Source of the DNA: Planctomycetota bacterium
GTDB taxonomy: Bacteria; Planctomycetota; SZUA-567; H5-PLA8
Reading direction: 5' to 3'
Assembly (NCBI GenBank): GCA_038227875.1
Contig: JBBRPR010000102.1
Location: forward strand, 1 to 16,834
Length of the DNA stretch: 16,834 nucleotides
Position 1 is the stretch's first letter, and the number at the start of each line of letters is the position of its first letter. Position numbers and translations under genes: made by a program. Under the pieces are notes generated by a model, which saw only the letters and a program-made list of their open reading frames with translations, was not told where the DNA came from and did no database searches. Of this stretch, positions 1-8,072 are shown one piece after another.

Positions 1-20
1 ACTGAAAATCAAGGGAAATC

Positions 21-140
21 TGGTGGATGAGCTAATTTGAGCAGGAATGAGAGCGAATGATAGCAAATGAGCGCGAATGAGCAGGAATGATTCAAAATGA
101 GCGTGTTTGAGCAGGAATGAGCGTAAATGAGCACGAATGA
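21..140. repeat. Degenerate 10-bp tandem repeat array (12 units, consensus ~GCnnrAATGA)
   Basis: Consecutive 10-mers tggtggatga, gctaatttga, gcaggaatga, gagcgaatga, tagcaaatga, gcgcgaatga, gcaggaatga, ttcaaaatga, gcgtgtttga, gcaggaatga, gcgtaaatga, gcacgaatga. All end in TGA, 9 of 12 end in AATGA, and gcaggaatga recurs exactly at 41, 81 and 111. Confidence 0.9.
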
Positions 141-165
141 GTGATTGCTACTGGGAAGCGGCTTC

Positions 166-204
166 GTGCTACGCTGGTGGCTAACGGCTTGCCACCAGTG
201 GCAC
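166..204. repeat. REP-like palindrome 1
   Basis: Arms cgctggtggc (172-181) and gccaccagtg (191-200), 10 bp with one G-T pair, 9-nt loop; extendable through gtgc(166-169)/gcac(201-204). Ends in GTGGCAC. Confidence 0.6.
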
Positions 205-243
205 ACAACGGCGGGCCAAATTGCAGGCGCGGTGTCGCACTCG

Positions 244-277
244 CACTCGTCTGAGAACTGCTTCAGACGAGTGGCAC
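244..277. repeat. REP-like palindrome 2
   Basis: Perfect 11-bp arms cactcgtctga (244-254) and tcagacgagtg (263-273), 8-nt loop, followed by GCAC; same GTGGCAC foot as palindrome 1. Confidence 0.6.
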
Positions 278-382
278 CCGGCAATTGCGATCTTGTTGAT
301 CGTTGTAAATCATTATGAATAAATTGTTTATGATAATTAAATTTGATTGTTTTTTGTGGCTACTTTCTTTGGAGTGGGGTGT

Positions 383-418
383 AAACAGTTGCATCGGATG
401 AAACAGTTGATACGGATG
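383..418 (+). promoter_or_regulatory. Tandem 18-bp direct repeat upstream of GntR/LacI gene 1, candidate operator
   Basis: aaacagttgcatcggatg (383-400) and aaacagttgatacggatg (401-418), 15/18 identical, ending 10 nt before the GTG at 429. Confidence 0.45.
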
Positions 419-428
419 GGCGGACGCC

Positions 429-1598
429 GTGACTATGGACAAATTCATCTTTCAATCCCACGAGACGTTGCCGGAAAAAGTGGGTGAGCAGATCAAAAAG
501 ATGATCGCGCGCGGGGGGAGCCGGCGCGGGGATCCGTTGCCGTCGTACCGCGAAATGTGCGAGCGATTCAACGTGTCGCTGCTGACGGTCAAGCGCGCCA
601 TGGATGGGCTGGCCAAGGAAGGGATCGTGCATGTGCAGCCGGGCAAGGGCGTGTTTGTCGATCGCGAGCCGGCGGTGCAGAAGCGCAAGCTGGAACAGAT
701 CGGTGTGGTGTTTTTCTGTTCGCGCAAGCTGATGTTCACGTCGCAGTACCTGGTGGAAATTTTCCAGGGCGTGCTGCAGGAGGCGGAGGCGATCGCGGCG
801 GACACGCGGTTGTTTTCGATCAAAAATCAGGGGCCGATGCCGCCGGAGGAAGTGGAGGCCAGCGGCGTGGACGGCGTGATCCTCGTCGGCGTGGCCAACG
901 AGCGCTACCTGCGCAGCTTCGCGTTGCAGCATCTGCCCGTGGTCGCGGTGGATGTCGATGCTCCGGATGTGCCGATGGAGTTCGTCGGCGCAGACAACGT
1001 GGCGGCGATGCAGCAGGTGATGGAGCATCTCGTGGCGCTGGGGCACCGGCGGATTCATTACGTGGATGGCTGGTCGACGGACACGACGGTGAGCAAGAGT
1101 TCGGGGCAACCGGATCCGATCATTGAAACCAGCGACGTGGTGGAGCGGCGCGAGGCGTACGTGAAAACCATGCGCGCGCTGGGCTTCGGCGACGGCGTGG
1201 TGCATGGAATTCAAAAGTCTGGCGGGGCGGGCGTGAGCAGCGCGGGCGCGGCGGATGTAATTGCGCGCATGAACCCCGCGCTGCGACCGACGGCGGTGCT
1301 GACGTACGACACGAGCATCGCCCGGGATGTGATCGCGCGGCTGGATGAGTTGGGCCTGAGCGTGCCGCGCGATATTTCCGTCGCGGCGGTGGCCGGAGCC
1401 GGCGACGCGCTGATCGGCTCAGCGACGCTGTGCTACAACCGCGTGCGTTTTGTCGAAATGGGGGCGCGCGCGGTGCAGACGCTGGCGGCGCGCTGCCAGA
1501 AATCGCGCGCGACGAAGACCGTGGTGATCAAGATTGGGTCGGATTTTGTGGCCGGCACGACGGCGGCGGCGGCAGAGCCGCAGGGGTCAGAGCGGTAG
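429..1598 (+). CDS. GntR-family winged-HTH regulator with LacI/GalR-type periplasmic-binding-protein sensor domain (AraR-like architecture)
   Basis: N-terminal GntR motif (GDPLPSYREMCERFNVSLLTVKRAMDGLAKEGIVHVQPGKGVFV) followed by LacI sensor motifs (VDGVIL, VGADNVAAMQQVMEHLVALGHRRI, RPTAVL, GLSVPRDISV). The start may instead be the ATG at 435. Confidence 0.92.
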   Translation: MTMDKFIFQSHETLPEKVGEQIKKMIARGGSRRGDPLPSYREMCERFNVSLLTVKRAMDGLAKEGIVHVQPGKGVFVDREPAVQKRKLEQIGVVFFCSRKLMFTSQYLVEIFQGVLQEAEAIAADTRLFSIKNQGPMPPEEVEASGVDGVILVGVANERYLRSFALQHLPVVAVDVDAPDVPMEFVGADNVAAMQQVMEHLVALGHRRIHYVDGWSTDTTVSKSSGQPDPIIETSDVVERREAYVKTMRALGFGDGVVHGIQKSGGAGVSSAGAADVIARMNPALRPTAVLTYDTSIARDVIARLDELGLSVPRDISVAAVAGAGDALIGSATLCYNRVRFVEMGARAVQTLAARCQKSRATKTVVIKIGSDFVAGTTAAAAEPQGSER

Positions 1599-1669
1599 CG
1601 GGATCGTCCTGTTGCGTGCGCTTATTGCGTAGCCAAAATTATTGCGTTGGACTTTTTTGGAGACTGCAG

Positions 1670-3649
1670 ATGAAGATGAAGCTGATTATTGCTGTTCTCG
1701 CGGCCTGTTTTGCGCTGCAAATTGCGCGCGCTGCGGACGTGGTGGTGATTGATAAGCCTGAGGCGCTGCCGACGTTTGAATGGATCGGGCGCACGCTGGT
1801 TAAGGAGCCGGCGTACAAATCGGAGAAAGTGCGGTATACGATTTGGGCGCTGGGCGAGGGCAAGAAGTCGGTGATGACGATGGTGTGGGATGAGTCGGGC
1901 GGGACGGGGAAGGGGTATGACACGTTCTACTTCGACACGAATTTCAATGGCGATCTGACCGAGGCGGCGAAGTGTTTTCATGGTCCGACGTTTGACGTCC
2001 CGAAAATCAAAGAAGCGGATGGGCCGCGCGAGTTTTCGATTCATGCGGTGCTGGAAGGGGACAATTTCAACTGGCAGTCGGCGTGGGAGATGACGGGGCC
2101 GGAGGTCGGTTTCCATGTGTCGCAGCTTCCCGGCAATTTGAAGATTCAATGGTCGAACGCGCTGAAGACGGCGCCGGTCTACCACCTGGGCGGTCGCGCG
2201 GAAGTGCACGCCAACGGAAAAAATCCGGGTGAGATGCTGGCGACGTGGAGCGCCGGAGGGATGGCGGAGGTTTCGACGGATGTAAATCTCGTCGGCGAGC
2301 CGCAGTGCTTGTTGCGCTTCTACCACAGCAATGTGCCGGGCGGCGGCGAAGCGCAGATTCTGCTGCGGACGCTGAGCGCCGGCGGCGCGAAGCTGGAAGA
2401 TATTCCGTTCACCGGCGGCTGTGGTTGCGCGGGGTCGTACAACAAGGGGCTGCTGATTCCGTCGCGCGTGCCGCCGGGCGCGCATCAGGTGGTGGTGCAG
2501 CTGAACCGTCCGGCGTTTCTGGGCGGCAAGGCGGAGTTTATCTTTACGGTGAGGTTTGAGAATCCCGATTTCGGCAAGCCGCTGATCGATCCGGCATACC
2601 AGGCGCTGAAAGCGGCGTATCCGGGGGTGCCGATCGCGAGTCTGCGGCGTGTTGCGGCGCCAGGACAGGAGCTCAAAGGATTTCCGGAAGAGAATGTCGT
2701 CGCGGCTCAGGTGTTCGACAATTCGCTCTATGGACCGACGCGCGACTGGGATATGAGCCTGTTCAACGCCGGCGGCGAACCGTCGTTGAGCCTCGGCGCG
2801 CAGATCCATCACAAAGTCGATGCGCGGACGCTGATGAAGTTCGATCTTTCCGCGCTGCCGAAAGACGTGAAGATTTCCGGTGCGCAACTGCGGCTGACGC
2901 TGAGTAATTCCGCGTTCACCGGCACGCAGCCGGGAGCGAAGATCACGGCGTACGCGATGAAACGCGAGTGGAACGAACTGGAATGCGGCTGGCGCAACGC
3001 GAAGAAGGACGTCGCGTGGAGTGCGCTGGGCGCTGACGGTCCGGCCGATCACGATGCGGAAGCGGTGGGGAGCGTGGACATCGGCGGATTTCCCGCGGCG
3101 AAGGAGAAGTACCGCTTCGTGACAATTGATCTGTCGGAGCTGGTGAAGAAATGGCAGGGCGGCGAGCCGAATTATGGCGTGGTGCTGAAGTATTCGGGAG
3201 GCGGCTGTGTGAAGTTTCACAGCAGTGAGTTCCAGGATTACCCGTTCCGCCCGACATTGCTGCTGGCTTGCTCGGGTTTGGATCTGAAAGCCGCGGCGGC
3301 GCCGGCGGTGGCACTCGACGCGGATCTGGAAGCAGCGAAGGTCAGCGCGAAGAAAGCGAACAAGCCGCTGGTGGTGAAGTTTTTCTCGCCGACCTGCGCG
3401 GTCTGCAAGCGCGTGCAGGAGACTACGTTTGCCGACGCTGAGGTGAAGGCGTCGCTGGCGAAGAATTATCAATATGTGAACGTGAATATCGACGACCACG
3501 CGCAGCTGGCGCTGGAATTGGGAGTGGGCAGCGTGCCGGCGGTGGTGATGCTGAAGTCAGACGGGCAGACGAAGCTGGGCTTAATCAACAGCGAGAAGCT
3601 GACGGATACGACTGCGTTTTTGACACTGTTGAGCGATGCGGGGAAGTAA
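1670..3649 (+). CDS. Secreted multidomain protein: signal peptide, uncharacterised N-terminal domain, DNRLRE/CBM96-like domain, C-terminal thioredoxin-fold domain (CAVC)
   Basis: Start reassigned to ATG 1670 (GGAG at 1659-1662; MKMKLIIAVLAACFALQIARA is a typical signal peptide). RTLMKFDLSALPKDVKISGAQLRL...W...IDLSELVKKWQGGEPNYGVVLK...FHSSE...RPTL matches the DNRLRE-type pattern. The C-terminus AKKANKPLVVKFFSPTCAVCKR...LGVGSVPAVV is thioredoxin-like. Confidence 0.8.
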   Translation: MKMKLIIAVLAACFALQIARAADVVVIDKPEALPTFEWIGRTLVKEPAYKSEKVRYTIWALGEGKKSVMTMVWDESGGTGKGYDTFYFDTNFNGDLTEAAKCFHGPTFDVPKIKEADGPREFSIHAVLEGDNFNWQSAWEMTGPEVGFHVSQLPGNLKIQWSNALKTAPVYHLGGRAEVHANGKNPGEMLATWSAGGMAEVSTDVNLVGEPQCLLRFYHSNVPGGGEAQILLRTLSAGGAKLEDIPFTGGCGCAGSYNKGLLIPSRVPPGAHQVVVQLNRPAFLGGKAEFIFTVRFENPDFGKPLIDPAYQALKAAYPGVPIASLRRVAAPGQELKGFPEENVVAAQVFDNSLYGPTRDWDMSLFNAGGEPSLSLGAQIHHKVDARTLMKFDLSALPKDVKISGAQLRLTLSNSAFTGTQPGAKITAYAMKREWNELECGWRNAKKDVAWSALGADGPADHDAEAVGSVDIGGFPAAKEKYRFVTIDLSELVKKWQGGEPNYGVVLKYSGGGCVKFHSSEFQDYPFRPTLLLACSGLDLKAAAAPAVALDADLEAAKVSAKKANKPLVVKFFSPTCAVCKRVQETTFADAEVKASLAKNYQYVNVNIDDHAQLALELGVGSVPAVVMLKSDGQTKLGLINSEKLTDTTAFLTLLSDAGK

Positions 3650-3678
3650 AGGGCAGCAAGAACGAGCAGCTTTAAGAT

Positions 3679-3707
3679 GGGCGGCCTGATGGCCGCCCTT
3701 TTTTTTT
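3679..3707 (+). terminator. Rho-independent terminator
   Basis: gggcggcc-tgat-ggccgccc 8-bp GC stem followed by nine T, ~30 nt after the stop at 3649. Confidence 0.92.
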
Positions 3708-3843
3708 GCTTTGCAATCGAGTGGTGTTTCTCGAGTGGGCGCGCGAGCGGTTTTGCCGTGGTTTGATCGCCCGGACTACGAAAAATTTGGAAAAATATCG
3801 ACGTGAGCCCCTTTGCGGTGTATGAACCACAAAGGGACCACAG

Positions 3844-4962
3844 ATGGATACCACGGATTTAGCACAATCAGCGGCGGCGGTGGGCGGACGGCAGGCGGCG
3901 AATCTGGCGCAGTCGTTGCGCCAGCGCATGGCCGACGGGCAGGTGCGCGCCGGGGAGTTTCTGCCGGGCGAGCGCGAACTGGCGGCCGAGCACGGCGTGG
4001 CGCGGAAGACGGTGGCCAGCGCGCTGAGTGCTCTGGAAGCCGACGGCCTGGTCCGCTGCGTACCGCGGCACGGCTACCGCGTCATGGCGCGCGCGCACGA
4101 TCCGACGCGCGGCGCGCCGCTGGCTTATGTGCGCACGGCTCCGCGTGCGGAGAAGCACCGCGAAACGGTGCACAACCATTTGCTCTCGATGCTCGAGCAG
4201 CTCGCGAGTCCTCACAGTTGGTCGATCCTGGCGATGCCGTCGGTGGGCAGCGCGCCGAGTGAAGTGATGCAGCGGCTGAAAGCGGCCGGCGCCAGCGGCG
4301 TGGTGCTGGAAGTGATGGACAAGCCGATGTTGGATTTGATCGCGGCGGCGGGGATGCCGGCGATCTGCGTCGATTCGTGGGCGGAAGGCGCGGAGATCGA
4401 TGCCGTCGTGCAGGACGGATTCCTCGGCGGCCTGCAGGCGGTGAACTGGCTGACGGCGCGCGGGCACCGGCAGATCGGCTGGTTCGGGCACGCGCTGAGC
4501 ACGTTTCAGAGCCGCATGCGGTTCAGCGGCGTGGCCACAGGATTGTTTGAAGCGGGACTGGAGATCGACCGCAAGCTGTGCGTGGAATGCGACGAGGCGG
4601 GGGTTCTCGACGCCGCCTTGAAGCTGCTTTCGCAGCGCCACCGGCCGACGGCCATCGTGACGCTATGGAGCCGACACGCCGCGGCAATTCTGACGGCGGC
4701 GGCGCAGTTGAAGCTGAAATTGTACCGCGACTTCGACCTGGTCAGTTGGACGACGGAAGAAGATTACGCCAGTGCCTATCGCACTATCCTGCCGGGCACT
4801 TTGGTTCCGCCGACGATTGTGTGGCGCGTGCGCGACATGGCGGAGGCGGCGATGTTCCGCCTGGTGCAGCGGCGCGAACACAGCGGCCTGGCGGCGGTGC
4901 AGATCCGCATTCCGACCCGGCTGGAACTGGCGAAGGGCACGCCGGCAACGTTCGGGCGTTGA
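3844..4962 (+). CDS. GntR-family winged-HTH regulator with LacI-type sensor domain (second paralogue)
   Basis: GEFLPGERELAAEHGVARKTVASALSALEADGLVRCVPRHGYRV (GntR HTH); VVQDGFLGGLQAVNWLTARGHRQIG and RPTAIV (LacI sensor); AAGGGA upstream of the ATG. Confidence 0.9.
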   Translation: MDTTDLAQSAAAVGGRQAANLAQSLRQRMADGQVRAGEFLPGERELAAEHGVARKTVASALSALEADGLVRCVPRHGYRVMARAHDPTRGAPLAYVRTAPRAEKHRETVHNHLLSMLEQLASPHSWSILAMPSVGSAPSEVMQRLKAAGASGVVLEVMDKPMLDLIAAAGMPAICVDSWAEGAEIDAVVQDGFLGGLQAVNWLTARGHRQIGWFGHALSTFQSRMRFSGVATGLFEAGLEIDRKLCVECDEAGVLDAALKLLSQRHRPTAIVTLWSRHAAAILTAAAQLKLKLYRDFDLVSWTTEEDYASAYRTILPGTLVPPTIVWRVRDMAEAAMFRLVQRREHSGLAAVQIRIPTRLELAKGTPATFGR

Positions 4963-5003
4963 TTCAGAAAAGTTGTGCAGTGGGGCAGAGCGGGGGAGTT
5001 TCC

Positions 5004-7481
5004 ATGCGCATCGCAGGCTCAATTTTACTCGCAGCGTTGTGTTTGGCGCGGGCACTGGCGCAGGAGACGGCGGTGAGTTTCACTGCGCCGCCGACGTTCA
5101 CGCGCTCGGGCGACGGCGGGACGATTGCGTTCACGGCGTCGTCGGTGACGGACGTGGAAGTGGCGATCGTCGGCGCTCAGGGGAAGGTCGTGCGGCATCT
5201 CGTCGCGGGGTTGCTGGGGAAGGGCGCTCCGGAGCCGTTGAAGCCGGATGCGCTGCAGCAGTCGGTGGCGTGGGACGGGAAGGACGATCTGGGGCAGACG
5301 CCCTCGGCATCCGCCGGACCCTTTACGGCGCGGGTGCGGCTGGGGATGCATCCGAAGCTGGATTCATTCATCGGCTATAACGCGTCGACGCTGGGATCCG
5401 TGCGTGGGATTGCGTGCGGGCCGACGGGCGAAGTGTTCGTCTTCCATGTGATGGGCGGATTGCACCCCGGCGACGGCACTGCGCAGTGCTCGGTTTTTTC
5501 GCGCGACGGAAAATACGTGCGCACGATCATTCCGACGCCGGCAAACATTCCGGCGGAGAAGCTGAAGGGCGTTAAGCGCATTGAACTCGGCGACGGGAAG
5601 AGCGTCCCATTCATCTACAACGTGGAGACGCGCCAGTTGCTACCCGGCACCGGCGACATGCCGGCACTGGGGCCGGTGGTTTCCAAGGATGGACGGGTGA
5701 TTTTCCCGGTGATTCTCGACCACATGCAGCGTTATCCGCAGCCGGGTCCGGAGCGCATCATGAATTTGAATCCCGACGGCAGCGTGGCGCCCGAAGGGCT
5801 GCTGACGTGTGCGCTTTCGCCCAACAATTCTCGGTCGGCGTTTCTGGCGCTGTCGCCGGACGAGAAGACAATTTACGCGGCGGGTCTGACAGGAAAGAAA
5901 GGTTCGGCCGACCACGTGGTGTTGAAGTTCGGCCGCGAGGACAAGCAGCCGCAGGTCTTCGCCGGGAAAGTGGGCGAAGCAGGGAACAGCGAGACGCTGC
6001 TCGACGATCCCTGCGACGTGGCGACGGACAAGGCCGGCAACGTGTACGTCGCGGATTTGAAGAACGATCGCATTGCGGTGTTTGCACCGGACGGAAAATT
6101 CCTGGCGGCGATGAAGGCCGATAAACCGCAGCGCGTGAAAGTGAACGCGGCGACCGGCGCGGTCTACACGCTGGGCGGCGTGGGGGTGAACGTGCTGCAG
6201 AAGTTCACCTCCTACAAAGACGCAACGCCCGTGGCGAGCGCGACGCTGCCGACGTTCAAGAACGATGGATACACGGCGTTCATGGCGCTGGATACGTCTG
6301 CGGCGACCCCGGCGCTGTACCTGGGGAACACGCATTCGGGCTACTGCTATTCGCTGTTGCGGGTGGAAGATTCGGGCAAAGAGTTTGCGAAGCCGGTGGA
6401 ATTGGGGAAGCAACCGGGAGGCATCGGGTCAGTGATGTCGGTGGAGTACGACCGGGTGCACGAAAAACTGATTTCCAATAACCGGACGTTCGACCCGGTG
6501 AAAAATCTGTTTGGACCCGCGCCACAGAGTTTGAATGGCGTGGGATATCCGATTTCGGTGGGGATGGATGGGAATTTCTACACGCAGCTCTATGGCAATT
6601 TTCTGATGCGGCTCAGCGGTGAATTCAAGCCAATGACGTTTCCGGAATCGAAGGAGAAAAACGGCTGGATGCACGACGGCCACACCTCGGCGCGGTTGCG
6701 CGGGCGGGGGATCGACGCGGATCCGGCGGGGAATGTGTTCATCATCTGGCAGGAGGATTACACGTCGCCGGCGATGAACTACGTCGATGTCTACACGCCC
6801 AGCGGCGCGATGAAAAAAGAGAAGCTGATCGATTCGGATATTCGCAGCGTGAATTCCATCCGGCTGGATTACCGCGGAAATGTTTACGTCGCGCTGGGTG
6901 CGCGACCGGGGACGGAGAAATTCCCGAAGGACTTTCAGGGCAAGATTCCCGACGGGGCGGACGATCCGGAAGCGTGCGGCGGATTGAACGGTTACCCGAT
7001 GCTCTACGGCAGCATCGCGAAATTCGGCCCGGACGGCGGCGTGATCAAGCTGGGTAGCGGCGGCGAGCCGTGTAATTATGCGTTCAAAGGAAAAACGGAC
7101 GTGAAAGGTGCGAAGTGGATTCATGGCGGCGCCAGCCCGGTGCCGTCGTGGCGGACGGCGGGGACGCCGGACATTTGCCTGTGCGAATCGCCGCGCTTTG
7201 ATGTCGATGGTTACGGGCGCAGCTTTTTTCCCGACGCGGGCCGATTTCGCGTCGGCGTGCTGGACACAGGCGGCAATGAGCTGGCTTTTTTCGGCAGCTA
7301 CGGCAACCCCGATTCCGGCGGCCCAGGCAGCGCGATTCCAGCGCCGGAGATTCCGTTCTGGTGGATCTACACCGTGGCGGTGGCCGATGACGTGGTCTAC
7401 TGCGGCGACCGGCTGAGCCGGAGAATCGCCGTGGTGAAGCTCGAGTATGCGGCGGAGAAAACGGTGGGGGTGGGAAAGTAA
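5004..7481 (+). CDS. Secreted protein with N-terminal FlgD-like Ig domain and NHL-repeat/beta-propeller region
   Basis: Start reassigned to ATG 5004 (GGGGAG upstream; MRIAGSILLAALCLARALAQ is a signal peptide). DVEVAIVGAQGKVVRHL...VAWDGKDDLG is FlgD-Ig-like; LDDPCDVATDKAGNVYVADLKNDRIAVFAPDGKFL is a clear NHL repeat; further blade-like segments follow. Confidence 0.8.
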   Translation: MRIAGSILLAALCLARALAQETAVSFTAPPTFTRSGDGGTIAFTASSVTDVEVAIVGAQGKVVRHLVAGLLGKGAPEPLKPDALQQSVAWDGKDDLGQTPSASAGPFTARVRLGMHPKLDSFIGYNASTLGSVRGIACGPTGEVFVFHVMGGLHPGDGTAQCSVFSRDGKYVRTIIPTPANIPAEKLKGVKRIELGDGKSVPFIYNVETRQLLPGTGDMPALGPVVSKDGRVIFPVILDHMQRYPQPGPERIMNLNPDGSVAPEGLLTCALSPNNSRSAFLALSPDEKTIYAAGLTGKKGSADHVVLKFGREDKQPQVFAGKVGEAGNSETLLDDPCDVATDKAGNVYVADLKNDRIAVFAPDGKFLAAMKADKPQRVKVNAATGAVYTLGGVGVNVLQKFTSYKDATPVASATLPTFKNDGYTAFMALDTSAATPALYLGNTHSGYCYSLLRVEDSGKEFAKPVELGKQPGGIGSVMSVEYDRVHEKLISNNRTFDPVKNLFGPAPQSLNGVGYPISVGMDGNFYTQLYGNFLMRLSGEFKPMTFPESKEKNGWMHDGHTSARLRGRGIDADPAGNVFIIWQEDYTSPAMNYVDVYTPSGAMKKEKLIDSDIRSVNSIRLDYRGNVYVALGARPGTEKFPKDFQGKIPDGADDPEACGGLNGYPMLYGSIAKFGPDGGVIKLGSGGEPCNYAFKGKTDVKGAKWIHGGASPVPSWRTAGTPDICLCESPRFDVDGYGRSFFPDAGRFRVGVLDTGGNELAFFGSYGNPDSGGPGSAIPAPEIPFWWIYTVAVADDVVYCGDRLSRRIAVVKLEYAAEKTVGVGK

Positions 7482-7516
7482 GTTGTTGTTTGCTGCAGTC
7501 GCGCAATCGTTCGCGT

Positions 7517-7987
7517 TTAAATTTTTATCTCCACACCGTACTTCGGTGCGATGGCGAGGAGCTTTTCGATTTCAGCCTTTGTCGGATGCGGGGCGGTGGT
7601 GGATCCCGCGGGGACAGGGACGCCGACTTCGAGGAACATCTTTTCCAGACCGGCCGGTGCGACGGTGATCAGCATCTTCGCGGGCTTGCTGCTCTCGTTG
7701 CGGAAAGAATGCAGCGTGCCAACGGAAACGTTGGCAAACATTCCGGCGGTCGCGACGATCCATTCAGTGCCGAGCGTTATCGTGATTTCACCTTCCATGA
7801 CGTAAAAGGATTCTTCCCCCCGCGTGTGAATGTGTGGTGGCGGACCGCCGCCGGGCGGAACGAGGGCTTCGATTTGCGCGTACGTTCCGTTGGTGTCTTC
7901 GCCAGTGGCCAGAAAGCGGTAGACGTCGCCGACCACGGCGAGGGACTTGCCTTCGTGGGTGTGGCGCAGCGTGGAGGGGTGGGGCAT
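7517..7987 (-). CDS. Cupin domain protein (quercetin 2,3-dioxygenase-like Cupin_2)
   Basis: Cupin motifs GGGPPPHIHTRGEESFYVMEGEI and GTLHSFRN; start set at ATG 7987 with GGAGAAG upstream. Confidence 0.9.
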   Translation of the reverse strand: MPHPSTLRHTHEGKSLAVVGDVYRFLATGEDTNGTYAQIEALVPPGGGPPPHIHTRGEESFYVMEGEITITLGTEWIVATAGMFANVSVGTLHSFRNESSKPAKMLITVAPAGLEKMFLEVGVPVPAGSTTAPHPTKAEIEKLLAIAPKYGVEIKI

Positions 7988-8017
7988 GGTCGTTGCTTCT
8001 CCGAAAGAGTTAGACAG

Positions 8018-8045
8018 AAAATAGTCGCCCATCAGCAGACGTCAA
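8018..8045 (-). promoter_or_regulatory. Putative sigma70 promoter of the cupin gene
   Basis: Minus strand TTGACG-16 nt-TATTTT in the rtcB/cupin gap. Confidence 0.4.
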
Positions 8046-8072
8046 CGGATTCGCCAGCGCAGCAATCCAACG

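Noticed and set aside
2..40. Possible 3' end of an upstream gene (LKIKGNLVDELI-stop)
   Set aside because: Only 12 codons are visible; cannot be supported without upstream sequence.
21..140. CRISPR array
   Set aside because: Units are 10 bp and contiguous, with no 23-47 bp repeats, no unique spacers and no cas genes.
9..284. 91-aa minus-strand ORF over the repeat and hairpins
   Set aside because: The translation merely reflects the 10-bp repeat and palindromes; no recognisable RBS or protein features.
1430..1669. N-terminal extension of the 739-aa ORF
   Set aside because: It overlaps the GntR/LacI gene; the RBS and signal peptide point to ATG 1670.
1622..3499. 625-aa antisense ORF, and similar ones at 360-1214, 3868-4641, 5640-6413, 6429-7124 and 15155-15790
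   Set aside because: Shadow ORFs opposite well-supported genes, expected in high-GC DNA; no domain motifs.
378..3822. Shared GGTGTA ECF-type -10 element upstream of both GntR/LacI genes (378 and 3817)
   Set aside because: Only a hexamer match, with no shared -35 at consistent spacing.
4578..5003. N-terminal extension of the 967-aa ORF
   Set aside because: It overlaps the second regulator; the RBS and signal peptide point to ATG 5004.
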